From positions 1-46,587 of the IMG/VR virus record IMGVR_UViG_2554235478_000002: a DNA stretch of 46,587 nucleotides; one strand, 5' to 3'. The stretch's first letter is position 1, and every line of letters starts with the position of its first letter. The position numbers were made by a program, and so were the translations under genes. This stretch comes from a virus. Positions 34,784 through 45,179 of the stretch are shown in pieces. The notes below the pieces were generated by a model, which saw nothing but the letters and a program-made list of their open reading frames with translations, did not search any database and was not told where the DNA came from.

Positions 34784-34802
34784 CCCCGTTTAAATTATAA
34801 GT
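34784..34802 (+). promoter_or_regulatory. Putative late promoter 2 (packaging/head operon)
   Basis: CCCCGTTTAAATTATAAGT about 35-50 nt upstream of terS; shares GTTTAAAT with 33179. Confidence 0.55.
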
Positions 34803-34834
34803 ACCATCTGGACGCCACAGGACGAATTCAATCC

Positions 34835-35542
34835 ATGTCTACTCGCGAACGCAGAGTCACCCTCGCTCTCAAGTGGCACCATCTCGACAATCTCTCAGCG
34901 AGAGAGATTCGGGACCGCTTCGAGGAGGAGGGTATCGGCGACTACACTCGGTCGACAATCCGGAACTACCTCAACGAGAAGCCAAAAGACGAGGTTCTCA
35001 AGCAAATCGAGAAAAAGCACGCCGACGTCCGGCTGCAATCTGCCGAGCGCTACGAGGAGCTCTACCAGGAGGCCCGTCGTGACCTCGAAACACTTGCTGT
35101 CGGCGACGACCCTGTCATTGCGATGGTTCCAAAGATGGAGTTGCACCAAGGCGATGAAGACAAACGCGTCTCAAACTGGACGTTTCTTGCCGAAGACGAT
35201 CCACGCCGACCCGAGTGGGCAACCGAGCACGACCGACCGATTGCGTTCGTTGACGGTGTCAAACACATCCAGTCTGGCGACGAGTATCCAGCGGGTGCTG
35301 ATCGTGGTGGGCCACCGGAGTACCGGGAAGCGGTCGTCGGCCTCCGCCGCGACCAACCAGACCTACAGAAACGACAGTTTGCCCGGCGCGAGATGGCTGG
35401 GTATCAAGACCAGAAGGTCGAGGTTCTCGGCGGCCCGGACGAACTCAACGTCAACGTCGACGGCGAAGTCGACCACAACCACGGCGTCGACGAGGCCACC
35501 CAGGAGATCATCGAAGACCTCGCGGACGACCTCAAAGCGTAG
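34835..35542 (+). CDS. Terminase small subunit
   Basis: N-terminal HTH (LSAREIRDRF...YTRSTIRNYL), coiled coil, position before TerL. Confidence 0.65.
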   Translation: MSTRERRVTLALKWHHLDNLSAREIRDRFEEEGIGDYTRSTIRNYLNEKPKDEVLKQIEKKHADVRLQSAERYEELYQEARRDLETLAVGDDPVIAMVPKMELHQGDEDKRVSNWTFLAEDDPRRPEWATEHDRPIAFVDGVKHIQSGDEYPAGADRGGPPEYREAVVGLRRDQPDLQKRQFARREMAGYQDQKVEVLGGPDELNVNVDGEVDHNHGVDEATQEIIEDLADDLKA

Positions 35543-35550
35543 ATCAACCG

Positions 35551-36171
35551 ATGACCCCTCTCGCCTTCCACATCGCTGCTCGTTTCGTAAGGGACAGCGC
35601 AAGCGCCGGCACTACCGCCGACCAGAAGGCGCGGTTCGGTCGGTATGTGAACGAGCAACCGGCGTTCGCTCGCTCGCAGTATATGCCCGACTTGGTCCGG
35701 GACAATATCGTCGACGTCGTCCGCCTCGAGTTCGCACTCACTCCACCCGAGACACCTACTGAACACGACCCCATCCGAAAGCACGCTTACCAAGAGTTCT
35801 GGCTCGACGCTCTCGGGAGTGAGCCGTGGGACATCTACTCCATCTCCGAGGACATGGCCGACCGGTTCGACCTCAACCCTGGCTGGGCGTTCAAAACCGC
35901 ACGGCAGCACCTCAACCAACTCGTTCTCCAAGCACGGATGCGGGGCTACCGCCAACAGCGGCTAGCAGGACGTCGCTTCCGATGGGGTGGCCCCGACCCC
36001 GACCACCCAGCGTGCGCGTGGATTCGTGACCAGATCCCCGATGAGGGCTTGCCGTATCACGAAGTGGTCGATCTGATGCAGGAGGCAAAGCGTCGCTTCG
36101 TCGAGGACCCACCGGCGTCGACGCACGTCGTCCATGACTGGTGCCGGCACGAACTTCGGGAGGTGCAGTAG
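35551..36171 (+). CDS. Mu gpF/SPP1 gp7-like head morphogenesis protein
   Basis: RWGGPD...C...HDWCRH C-terminal pattern. Confidence 0.55.
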   Translation: MTPLAFHIAARFVRDSASAGTTADQKARFGRYVNEQPAFARSQYMPDLVRDNIVDVVRLEFALTPPETPTEHDPIRKHAYQEFWLDALGSEPWDIYSISEDMADRFDLNPGWAFKTARQHLNQLVLQARMRGYRQQRLAGRRFRWGGPDPDHPACAWIRDQIPDEGLPYHEVVDLMQEAKRRFVEDPPASTHVVHDWCRHELREVQ

Positions 36172-37833
36172 ATGGCGACGACATCGTCGACACCGGCGGT
36201 CACGGAGTCACTGGCGAAGCTCGTACGGGACCGGCCGACGGCCCACCCGCTTAGCTTCTCGATCAAGCATCTGGGAACCGATGGCATCCTCGCCCCGCCC
36301 CGCCACCTCCAAGACTGGTACCACCACATCTGGGAGGCTGTTTACGACGACCACGCACCGAAGAACCTCGCGTTGTTCGCACCACGGAACTACGCGAAGA
36401 CTGTCTCGACAATCGAGGTCGTCCCGGCATGGCTCGCGGTCAACTTCCCGAGCATCCGGATGGCCATCGTCTCCCACAAAAAGGACCACGCCAACAAGCG
36501 GGCGAAAACGGCGGTTGCGTCCATCGAGGCGGCGTGTGAGCGCTACGGCGTCGACATCTACGACGAGTCGAAGACGACGATCCAGCTCGACGCCGGCCGC
36601 ACGAACATCGAGCCGACGCTCGAGCCCGTGTCGATTCGGACCTCTGACACCGGGTCGCACTACGACGTCATCATCTACGACGACATCGCAACGCTCGCGA
36701 ACCAGACGACGGCGCTTCGAGGAACCATCTCGGAGAACTTCGAGGAGTTCGCCGACAACGTCGCCGCCAAAGAGGGCGCGACGGTCCTCCCGCACAAGTC
36801 GATCAACATCGTAATCGGGACGCGCAAGACGCCCGAGGACGTCTACCGCGAGCACATTCTCACGACGAACAATCCCGAGTGGGACGACTTCATCGCCCGG
36901 AACGTCTCACGGCCGGGGTGGGCCGCTCGCGTCTGGCGAGCCACGCCCGACTGGCAGGTCATCGAGAACGAGGCGTTCGAAGTCCACGGAACTGACGGCA
37001 ACGTCTACGAGACCATCCGCGACGTCCCCGCCGAAGTCGAGATCATCGACGACGGTATCCAACCCGCCAACGACACGGAGTTCCGAACCCTGTGGCCCGA
37101 GTTCGAGCGCCCCGAGACGGTCCTGACAAAGGTTGTCTCGAAGGCCGGGAGCGCAGGGCTGTGGCGCGCGGAGAACCAACAGAACCCCGAAGCCGCAGTC
37201 GGCCGCGTTCTCGACCTCGACTGGCTCCGGTTCGTCGATCCCATCCCACGGGACGACTACGACGCCCTGGAGTGGTACGCTGGCCTCGACTTCGCGAACC
37301 CGAACAACCTCGCTGCCGAGCAGCGGGGCGAGACCGACTTCTGGGCGCTGGGCGTCGTCGCGTACGACCGTGAAAACGACCAGCAGTACGCCGTCGACGT
37401 CTGGCGTGACCGCGGGTTCATGTGGGAGGAAGCGGCGACCGACTTCGTCGCCGCGAACCTCTCCGGACTCCCAATCGGTGAGCTCTTCGTCGAGAGCAAC
37501 TTCTCCGGCGAGGAGATTGCAGAGGTCATCGCGGACCCCGAAACGTACGACGACGCCGCCGTCGACGTCCCCTCGTACCGTGTGACGCCGACGGCGTCGA
37601 GCGGCGAGAAGGAAGACCGCTTGCACCGCCTCGCGAATCGCTTCCAGCAGGGGAAGATCAAGGTCGCGTCTGAGGAGAACGAGCGCTGGGAGTCGTTCAT
37701 CCGCGAGGAGTGGCTCCCCTTCCCAGACGCTGCACACGACGACCGCTTCGACGCGCTCGAGATCGCGTCACGCGGCCCAGAGGGGACGGTCGACCACGTC
37801 TCCGGAGACGACTTCGAACATCTTGACTGGTGA
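36172..37833 (+). CDS. terL: Terminase large subunit
   Basis: Walker A-like APRNYAKT, Walker B YDVIIYDD, IVIGTR, YAGLDFA and HDDRFDA nuclease motifs. Confidence 0.92.
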   Translation: MATTSSTPAVTESLAKLVRDRPTAHPLSFSIKHLGTDGILAPPRHLQDWYHHIWEAVYDDHAPKNLALFAPRNYAKTVSTIEVVPAWLAVNFPSIRMAIVSHKKDHANKRAKTAVASIEAACERYGVDIYDESKTTIQLDAGRTNIEPTLEPVSIRTSDTGSHYDVIIYDDIATLANQTTALRGTISENFEEFADNVAAKEGATVLPHKSINIVIGTRKTPEDVYREHILTTNNPEWDDFIARNVSRPGWAARVWRATPDWQVIENEAFEVHGTDGNVYETIRDVPAEVEIIDDGIQPANDTEFRTLWPEFERPETVLTKVVSKAGSAGLWRAENQQNPEAAVGRVLDLDWLRFVDPIPRDDYDALEWYAGLDFANPNNLAAEQRGETDFWALGVVAYDRENDQQYAVDVWRDRGFMWEEAATDFVAANLSGLPIGELFVESNFSGEEIAEVIADPETYDDAAVDVPSYRVTPTASSGEKEDRLHRLANRFQQGKIKVASEENERWESFIREEWLPFPDAAHDDRFDALEIASRGPEGTVDHVSGDDFEHLDW

Positions 37834-39518
37834 TTACTATGCCTCCACGAACAACGAAACTCGGCGAAGATGAGAACGGCGAGCTGGTCGCAATCGACTG
37901 GCCCGACGGCGACGTCGAACAAATGCTCCAATCTCACATCGCTGCGACGCCAGAGTCGTCCGGCGGTCGCTCCGGTCGACGCCAAGGCGATATTGGACCC
38001 GCCCCCCGCGTATCCGATACCGGAGGCCTCTGGAGTGCAATCGACCTACAGACGTTCACGTTCAACTCGACGGAACTCGCGACGACGGTCAAGCGCTTCC
38101 GCGACGAGATGTACCGGAATCAGTTCCCGGTCCTCATCCCTGCGTTCACGCATCGGTGTACAGCGTGCGAAACGACGTACGGCGAAGAGCGCGACGTTTG
38201 TGAAGTCTGTGGAGAAACAGAGTTCGAGACGCCATCACGAGCACAGCGTCAACACCTCGAGGAGCGCTTCGCCTCGGTCAACGAGGACGACCAGTCGTTG
38301 GCGTCGCTGATGAAGTACGAGGAGGATTTCCAGTCGTTCTACGGTGTCTCGACGATTCTCGCCCGTCTTCGGTATCAGCACGTTAACCGAGAAACACACG
38401 TCGCTGGTCGCCCCGTCACCGCATCGGGGCGGTGGGAAGCAGTCGAGATCGAAGAACTCGTTCACGCCGACCCGCTGCGCGTCCGTCCGGTTGTCGACGA
38501 GAACAACCGCCACGGTGGCTGGTGGACGTGCCCTGCCCACCGCGAACAGTACTGGGTGAAAACTGCTCTCACGTTCGAGGACGGCGCTGACCGGCCACTC
38601 GAAGTCTGTCCGGAGTGCCACGCCGAACTCGCCGAAGTTGGGTACGTCGAAACCGGCGGTCGCGACGACGATGTCGAGCGCCTCTTTCTCAAGCACGAGG
38701 TCATCGACTGGGCACGGCACTTCCCCGTGCTGAACGGTCTTGATGGTCGGTCACCGGTGCTGCCACTCGTCAAGCTGCAGGCGATTCTACAGTGGTCGCG
38801 CAACTACGAATTGCAGTACCTCAACCCCCAGAACGACCAGCAACTCCCCGACAAATTCCTCGTCGCCTACGGAAAGAACATCCGCGAGTCGCTGCGGGCA
38901 TCGCTCCAGGAGGAAGAGAAAAAGAACCCCTGGGAAGAGGGCCGGCTGATGTACGAGGGGAACCCAGACGACGTCAAGCTGGAACTGCTCGACCTCTCGA
39001 GCGACGCGGGAATCAACGGCCGCGAACCGATGGTCGAGCGCCTCATGTCGCAGATTCGGGCAATGTTCGGCGTTTCAGACGCCTTTGAGAACGAACTCTC
39101 TGACACGGGCGGGCTCAACGCCGAGGGGACACAAGTCGAGATTACAAACTCGGCGGTCGCGAGCGCGCATCAGGACACTATCGACAAGGCCCTCAACACA
39201 CTCTGCCGACTCATCGAGCGCGTCGAAGGTCACTGCGACTGGGAGCTCGGGTACGTCAACCCCGAAAAAGAGGACGCGTCGCTGTCAGCGCTCGACGTGC
39301 TGCAGGGCATCGACCTCGCGCAGCAAACTGGGACGAAAGTGTCGGTCGAAGACGGCCAACTCATCATCCCCGACCAGCAGATCGACCCGGCCGAACCAGC
39401 GAGCAACACTGCGCCGGCGGACCCCCCGCCTCCTGATGGAACAATCTCCGGAGACGAATCCGGACTCAACGCCGAACACCCCCGACAGAACACCTCCCGA
39501 CCAAACTCCTCCCAGTAA
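37830..39518 (+). CDS. Portal protein with zinc-finger insertions
   Basis: Follows TerL; 562 aa; DGRSPV..L, IRAMFGV; inserted CTAC..CEVC and CPAH..CPECH. Confidence 0.85.
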   Translation: MITMPPRTTKLGEDENGELVAIDWPDGDVEQMLQSHIAATPESSGGRSGRRQGDIGPAPRVSDTGGLWSAIDLQTFTFNSTELATTVKRFRDEMYRNQFPVLIPAFTHRCTACETTYGEERDVCEVCGETEFETPSRAQRQHLEERFASVNEDDQSLASLMKYEEDFQSFYGVSTILARLRYQHVNRETHVAGRPVTASGRWEAVEIEELVHADPLRVRPVVDENNRHGGWWTCPAHREQYWVKTALTFEDGADRPLEVCPECHAELAEVGYVETGGRDDDVERLFLKHEVIDWARHFPVLNGLDGRSPVLPLVKLQAILQWSRNYELQYLNPQNDQQLPDKFLVAYGKNIRESLRASLQEEEKKNPWEEGRLMYEGNPDDVKLELLDLSSDAGINGREPMVERLMSQIRAMFGVSDAFENELSDTGGLNAEGTQVEITNSAVASAHQDTIDKALNTLCRLIERVEGHCDWELGYVNPEKEDASLSALDVLQGIDLAQQTGTKVSVEDGQLIIPDQQIDPAEPASNTAPADPPPPDGTISGDESGLNAEHPRQNTSRPNSSQ

Positions 39519-39521
39519 CCA

Positions 39522-39941
39522 ATGACATCTGACGACACCATTCATCCGATAACGAACAGTTCAATCACTCTCTCAGCACTCGTCCGCGCTCTCGCAGACG
39601 ACGTTGAGCGGGTCTCGGGTAGCACGGAACTGCAGCAACACGCTCCGACCGAAGGGCGCGTCGCAGAGATCTCTGCAGGAACTCCTCCGTACGACGTCTA
39701 CATCGGGACCGGCGATGCGTGGGTCGCAGTGGCGTCCGATTTGGGTTTGACCACGGCCATTTCTCGAACGACACCGCAAGACCTCACTGCAGGGGATGCA
39801 CCCGCACCGGCTGAAAATGGTGTCGAAGCAGTTCATGACGGGACTGGGACGCCGGTAGCAGGCTCGTACGTGTCCGACCCGGCAAACAACCAGTGGGTCG
39901 GTGCTGACGACCTCACGACCGGAACCACAATCGCCTACTGA
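39522..39941 (+). CDS. Hypothetical head-region protein
   Basis: Position; beta-rich. Confidence 0.5.
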   Translation: MTSDDTIHPITNSSITLSALVRALADDVERVSGSTELQQHAPTEGRVAEISAGTPPYDVYIGTGDAWVAVASDLGLTTAISRTTPQDLTAGDAPAPAENGVEAVHDGTGTPVAGSYVSDPANNQWVGADDLTTGTTIAY

Positions 39942-39946
39942 TACTC

Positions 39947-40261
39947 ATGCCTCACCCTGACCTTTCAAACACTATCGAGCGTGCTCTCGAAAGCAGCGAG
40001 GGCGCCGTCGTCGGCGAAGAGTTCGGCGTCGATATCCACCGCATCATCGCACCTGACGAACCCCACGACTTCGTCCACCCAGTTCTCGCCATCGTCGTCG
40101 AGTTCGACAACGGCGCTGTCTTCGCTGACTGGAACATCGACGCGTGGCCGGACGACGAACAACTTGATGCGCCTCATGTGAGCATCTACGGCTCGCTTGA
40201 TGACCTCGGCCGAGTGACCGAGGGAACGCTCGAACACCTCACGCGGGTGACTGGCCGATGA
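39947..40261 (+). CDS. Hypothetical protein
   Basis: ATGA-coupled to the protease. Confidence 0.55.
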   Translation: MPHPDLSNTIERALESSEGAVVGEEFGVDIHRIIAPDEPHDFVHPVLAIVVEFDNGAVFADWNIDAWPDDEQLDAPHVSIYGSLDDLGRVTEGTLEHLTRVTGR

Positions 40262-41010
40262 GCATTCAGGTCCTCAACCACCCGTCCGGCGGAGTCGACT
40301 CCAAGGCCGCGGTCGGCGAATCCATCTCGGACACGTCGGGGCGCGTTCGCGACCGACGACTCACACGTGAGGACGTCCCCGACGAGTGGGAGTTCGCTAT
40401 CTTCGAGGCCGAGAACTTCATAATCGAAGGCCCGGCGTCGGTCGAGATCGTTGACCGGTCGGGTCAACAGATCCAGATGGAGGCCGTACGGGAAGCGCTC
40501 GACCGCTTCATGCTGTCCGACCGCGAGCCGGGGATCATCTCCGACAAGCACGACGACGTCCCGGTCGGAGTTCCTCTGTGGGACTGGACAACCGACGACG
40601 GCCAGCGCTACCAGACGGTCGTCGACGGCGACACGTTCCAGCTGGTCGCAAACCTCGGCAACGAGACGACGATGAGCAAGCTCGCCCGGCTCCGTTGTCT
40701 GAACGGCGACTACGGTGGCTACTCCATCACGGTCTACTCAAATCAAGAGGTCGCGAAGCCGGACGGGACGCGCGTCACCACTGATTGCGACCTACACGCG
40801 GTCACCATCGGTCACGAGGATCTCGTCATGAACCCAGCGGCGGACTTCGACGTAGTCGACTTCAAACACGGCGACGTTCTCGAAGCGTCGATCCGTCGTC
40901 GTCTCCGGCGACGAAACTCGCTGACTGGTCAGGTCGAGCAGAAGCTCCAAGGTGCGACGTCCACGGACGACGGCCTCTCCTGTGCGGTACTCGACCGCCT
41001 TCGTGACTGA
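40258..41010 (+). CDS. HK97-type prohead maturation protease
   Basis: IEGPASVEIVDRSGQQI, H...PVG, GYSI (catalytic Ser region). Confidence 0.8.
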   Translation: MSIQVLNHPSGGVDSKAAVGESISDTSGRVRDRRLTREDVPDEWEFAIFEAENFIIEGPASVEIVDRSGQQIQMEAVREALDRFMLSDREPGIISDKHDDVPVGVPLWDWTTDDGQRYQTVVDGDTFQLVANLGNETTMSKLARLRCLNGDYGGYSITVYSNQEVAKPDGTRVTTDCDLHAVTIGHEDLVMNPAADFDVVDFKHGDVLEASIRRRLRRRNSLTGQVEQKLQGATSTDDGLSCAVLDRLRD

Positions 41011-41087
41011 GACTACGACAGACTGCAGCCCCCTGATGACCGAGCGCCTGGCCAGGCTCTCGAGGGGGAACGTGGCCATGTTCTACG

Positions 41088-42113
41088 ATGCCATTTTTCC
41101 GAAGTAATAGCTCGGTCGACGCCAAAGCCCGGGCCGTTTTGGATGACCTACCGGAGGGTGCCTCGCCGTTCGAGATCCTCCGTGCGGTCGACCAAAAGGC
41201 AGGCGACGACGTCGACCCCGACGAAGTTGTACAGAAACTGCGCCAGATAGACGCGACGGTCGACCAGAAGCTCGCCGACATCGACGGCGACGGTGTCGAC
41301 CAGAAAGAGATGCGCGACGCGGCCGGTGCGGTCGCCTCGCAAACGTCACTCTCCACCGAAGACGCGATGTCTCTACTCTCGGCAACCGTCAACGCCAGCG
41401 AGCAGCAAGACTCGTCAGCGCTCGTCGACGCGTTCGACGACGTCCACAGCACCACTGCCGGCGCTGGCGTTGACCAGAACGGTGGAGCGCACGAACCAGA
41501 TTCGGATGCAGACACGAACACGAACCCTACTCAGATGAGTGACAACCAGCCAAACGGAGGTACCGACATCGACCAAAAACAGACCGACAACGACCAGATG
41601 GACCCAATCGACCTCGTCGAAGAAATCGGAGGGTCGGACGCCCGAGACGTCGTCGAGAACTACGCGGAGTCCGTCAACAAGGACGTCCAGGACGCGGCCG
41701 CCGAATGGGTCGCTGAGAACGTCCCTGGCGTCACTGTCGAAGGCTACGGCTCGGACAACGGCTCGGACAACGGCGCAGCCAACGCAAACAATGGCACGCC
41801 TGCTGACCAGAACGGCCAGACAGCAGCGCCCGACCAGACGAACGTCGACCAGATGCTCGAGGATCTCAACCTCAACGAGCGCGTCGCCGACGCCGTCACG
41901 AGCGACGCCGTCATCGACGAGATGGCTGACGCCGTCGCCCCGGCCGTCGCGCAGAAGATGACCGACGACGACGAGCTCGCCGATCAGCTCGTCCAGACTG
42001 TCGACCAGAAGGGTGACTTCGCAACAACCGGCCAGACGACGACGCCGGCGCCAGGCAACGAGTCCGAGACTGTCGGCGAGTCTGGCGCGATTACTGGGGG
42101 TGAGGGCGAATGA
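41088..42113 (+). CDS. Capsid scaffolding protein
   Basis: Very acidic low-complexity helical ORF between protease and capsid genes. Confidence 0.65.
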   Translation: MPFFRSNSSVDAKARAVLDDLPEGASPFEILRAVDQKAGDDVDPDEVVQKLRQIDATVDQKLADIDGDGVDQKEMRDAAGAVASQTSLSTEDAMSLLSATVNASEQQDSSALVDAFDDVHSTTAGAGVDQNGGAHEPDSDADTNTNPTQMSDNQPNGGTDIDQKQTDNDQMDPIDLVEEIGGSDARDVVENYAESVNKDVQDAAAEWVAENVPGVTVEGYGSDNGSDNGAANANNGTPADQNGQTAAPDQTNVDQMLEDLNLNERVADAVTSDAVIDEMADAVAPAVAQKMTDDDELADQLVQTVDQKGDFATTGQTTTPAPGNESETVGESGAITGGEGE

Positions 42114-43351
42114 GCGCGGGCGCAAGCGGGCATCCGCTGATGACCTACGGTGGCGGGAATTCTCCCGAGCGCTTCATCGAGTCCAACCTCGTCGGCGACG
42201 TCCCGCTCGACTGGGACGGCGGCCTGCTCCAGCGGGCACAGTACGACACCACTGTCGAGGGTCACATCAACTCCATCTTCACGGCGACGCTGTATGCGCA
42301 GTACAACGCCGAACACGAGTGGTACAACGCCCTCACGCAGGTTGACCGATTCAACGCCTCGCTCGAAGGCCCGGTCACCGCCAAGGCGTTCCGTGCTGCG
42401 ACCGACCCAGTCGACCTCCAGACGCACTCTGAGGGCGGATCGGTCTCGTCCGGCCAAACCTTCGGTGTCAAACCCATCGAGTACGACCCGAAGCGCTCCG
42501 AAAGCGTCATCGAAGTCTCCGATCTTCAAGAGATTCGTGCGGCCATCGAGGACGCTGTCGGCTTCGAGGAGTTCTGGGCACTCCAACAGGAGCAACTCGA
42601 CCTCGCTATCGACCGCGACGGAATTGCGTCGGCGGTCTTCCAGGGCGACACTCAGTACGCCGACGAAGACCAGATCACGACGCTCGACCGCGTCATCGCG
42701 TCGAGTGACGAGGAAGCCAACGCGGTTGACCCCAACGGGAACACCTACAACGACGGCGATCTCGACTACGGGAACATCGACCGAACCTCGGATACGTTCG
42801 CCGACTCGTTCGTCGACCACAACGGTGCGAGCGGCGTTCGGCAACTCACCAACAACCTGTTCAGCTCGTTCCTGAATTCGTTCAACGAGTTCGCCGACGT
42901 CGACGTCTACAACGACGTCGCAATCCTCACCGGTCACGACACCGCTGGCGTCCTGTCTGACCTCGCTGCTGAGCGCAACGGCGTGCGCAACGTGGCCGCG
43001 ATGTCGGACTACCGCTCCGAAAACGTCGGCGATGCGTCGACGATTCGCGGCCTCTCGGGAACCGCCCGGTACCGTGACTACGATGGCATCCCGATCATCG
43101 GCAACCAGCACGCCATCAAGCACGGCGACATCTCGTCGATCTTCCTCGTGCCAACCGACACGATCCGTGGCCAGCCGCGACTCTCTATCGAGCAGTTCGC
43201 GCAGCCGTACGTCGAGACAGCCGGCCGTGGCCAGTCGCAGGGCTACCTCGCGACCGGCAACTACCGCGATGAAGCGCTGATGCTCCTCCACCACGAGGTC
43301 ATCAACCGCGACTTCGCGTCCTGTGGTCTGCTCCGCGACCTCTCGGAGTAA
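42110..43351 (+). CDS. Major capsid protein (HK97 fold)
   Basis: 413 aa after the scaffold; halovirus MCP-like, with YDGIPI near the C-terminus. Confidence 0.85.
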   Translation: MSAGASGHPLMTYGGGNSPERFIESNLVGDVPLDWDGGLLQRAQYDTTVEGHINSIFTATLYAQYNAEHEWYNALTQVDRFNASLEGPVTAKAFRAATDPVDLQTHSEGGSVSSGQTFGVKPIEYDPKRSESVIEVSDLQEIRAAIEDAVGFEEFWALQQEQLDLAIDRDGIASAVFQGDTQYADEDQITTLDRVIASSDEEANAVDPNGNTYNDGDLDYGNIDRTSDTFADSFVDHNGASGVRQLTNNLFSSFLNSFNEFADVDVYNDVAILTGHDTAGVLSDLAAERNGVRNVAAMSDYRSENVGDASTIRGLSGTARYRDYDGIPIIGNQHAIKHGDISSIFLVPTDTIRGQPRLSIEQFAQPYVETAGRGQSQGYLATGNYRDEALMLLHHEVINRDFASCGLLRDLSE

Positions 43352-43387
43352 TCATGACTCGACTGAGCACCCTCATCGCGTAAATCG

Positions 43388-43696
43388 ATGACCAACACCA
43401 CTACCACCACTACCGAGACCGACGGCGCAGAGACCATTACGGTCACCATCCTCATCGACGGCCACGAGTACATCCGGCAAGTTGAGGGGACGCACTGGGC
43501 TCGAGACGACTCTCGAACACTCTACGTCTACGACGGCCCCCAAACCGTCCTCGAAGCTGCTGACCAGCACGTTGTCGAAGTGTTCCGTGAGGATCGCGTC
43601 GATACTGTCGGAATGATCGACCGCAGCACCGAGCTCGAACACGGGCAGTCAGACGACGAGGCGCCCGCCTCTACTACCACTACTAGGAGCGACTAA
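43388..43696 (+). CDS. Hypothetical protein
   Basis: Coupled to the next ORF. Confidence 0.5.
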   Translation: MTNTTTTTTETDGAETITVTILIDGHEYIRQVEGTHWARDDSRTLYVYDGPQTVLEAADQHVVEVFREDRVDTVGMIDRSTELEHGQSDDEAPASTTTTRSD

Positions 43697-44469
43697 TGCC
43701 AATCAGCACACTCCCGAGCGCAAAGAAATTCGAAGAGAAAGGCCACGCTGAAGTCGAGTTCGTCGGCTTTCAATATGTGGGCGACCAGTCGACCAAGACC
43801 GACCACGACATCCGTCGACGCGTCGGGTACTCCGGTCCTCCAAAGTTCCAACAGGGCCAGGTCTACTTCGCTCTCCTACCGACGTTCCTCGATTCGGACC
43901 ACGTTGCGAACTCGAACATGGGCGTGCACGCTCTCGAAGCTCGCAACGACTTCGAGGTCATCTACGACGCCGAACGCCTCGCTGAGGCCTTACTCGAACG
44001 GAACTACCTCCCACCAGAGGTCTTCTACGAAGGATTCGACCGCTACAAGCGCCGAAAGGTTCTCGAAAAGCTCGACCTGGACGACGCCGGTCGCGTCTTC
44101 GCCAAGGACGACGAAGAACCCTATCGCGACCAACTGCGTGCTATCGCAGGCATCGAACGCGATGAGGCCGCAGACGTCTCCCAACAGCGTGCGGACGAGT
44201 ACGTCTCTCGCTTCTCGCGGTCGGGGGCCTCGGAGATCGTCAAGCTCCTCCGGCAAGACGCCGACGAGATTGACCTCCGAACTGCCGGTCTCACAGACAT
44301 GGCGAAGTACCTCACGCGATTCGACCCGGCTGTCGTCGAGACAGCTGTGGACGTCGTCGACGGCGAGGCCGATGCGGACGACCTCGACCGAGTGCGTGCT
44401 GAGGCAGCAGACAAAAATGAGGACGAGGACGAAGCCGACTCTGACGCCGACAGCGACGGCGAGGAGTAA
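43696..44469 (+). CDS. Hypothetical virion/head protein
   Basis: Position after the capsid gene. Confidence 0.55.
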   Translation: MPISTLPSAKKFEEKGHAEVEFVGFQYVGDQSTKTDHDIRRRVGYSGPPKFQQGQVYFALLPTFLDSDHVANSNMGVHALEARNDFEVIYDAERLAEALLERNYLPPEVFYEGFDRYKRRKVLEKLDLDDAGRVFAKDDEEPYRDQLRAIAGIERDEAADVSQQRADEYVSRFSRSGASEIVKLLRQDADEIDLRTAGLTDMAKYLTRFDPAVVETAVDVVDGEADADDLDRVRAEAADKNEDEDEADSDADSDGEE

Positions 44470-44475
44470 GCTCCC

Positions 44476-45177
44476 ATGTCGACCGCGCCAGATGACGTCC
44501 GGTACGCGAGCGTCGACGCGGTTCTCACCGCTGCGACCGACTCCGACCCGTCGAGTGCCCAACAGTGGGAGCGCGACCGGGCGAAACGCCGGGCGGCCGC
44601 CGCGACTGAGACATGGATTAACCAGACAGGGAAAGCGTTCCACGAAGTTCGTGTGGGTAACCCCAGCGACCCACGGACATGGCCAGTCTTCGACGTGCAT
44701 GACGCCATCTCGTGGTCGCCAGCGACGGTCATCCTCGACGAACAGCCGCTCCCAATCGACGCGGCTCAAAGTGACGCGGTCGAAGTCCGCGACGGCCGCG
44801 ACTCGTGGGATGACATCACCAGCGAGGAGGGAGATGAGTGGACGCTGGACTACCGTCGCAAGCGCCTCCGTATTCACCGCCGGCGGTTCAGCCGCAAGCC
44901 GTGGGACAACCCAAACACTCGATTCTGTCGGCTGACCTACCGGTACGGGCCGATCGACGAAGACGTCACGATCACTGATGGCCTCGTCGAGAACGTTCCG
45001 AACGATGTCGCCGAAGCAGTCGCGGCGAGAGCGGCGATGCGCCTGACACTCGATGATAACGCTCAGCGTGGCGTCCCCGACAACGGGCAGCAGACGAGTC
45101 GCGGGTCAAAGCGAGCTGCGCTCAAAGAAGAGTGGGAAGAGACAGTCGCCGATTACACCGGCTTCTCGACCCTGTGA
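44476..45177 (+). CDS. Head-tail adaptor
   Basis: YASVDAV N-terminus and TYRYG...VP.DV.EAVA..AA C-terminus typical of connectors. Confidence 0.7.
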   Translation: MSTAPDDVRYASVDAVLTAATDSDPSSAQQWERDRAKRRAAAATETWINQTGKAFHEVRVGNPSDPRTWPVFDVHDAISWSPATVILDEQPLPIDAAQSDAVEVRDGRDSWDDITSEEGDEWTLDYRRKRLRIHRRRFSRKPWDNPNTRFCRLTYRYGPIDEDVTITDGLVENVPNDVAEAVAARAAMRLTLDDNAQRGVPDNGQQTSRGSKRAALKEEWEETVADYTGFSTL

Positions 45178-45179
45178 CG

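Noticed and set aside
36370-36400. Gly-to-Ala change in the Walker A of TerL (and of ParA) as a sign of inactivation
   Set aside because: The Lys-Thr and all other motifs are intact, and such variants occur in these families.
41746-41774. 12-bp tandem repeat ACGGCTCGGACA in the scaffold gene
   Set aside because: Simple in-frame slippage duplication (GSDN twice) in a low-complexity linker.
41984-43294. 436-aa antisense ORF over the capsid gene (similarly 24698-25870, 28417-29514 and 36907-37737)
   Set aside because: Shadow ORFs caused by GAC/GTC-rich codon bias; the sense strand carries recognisable genes.
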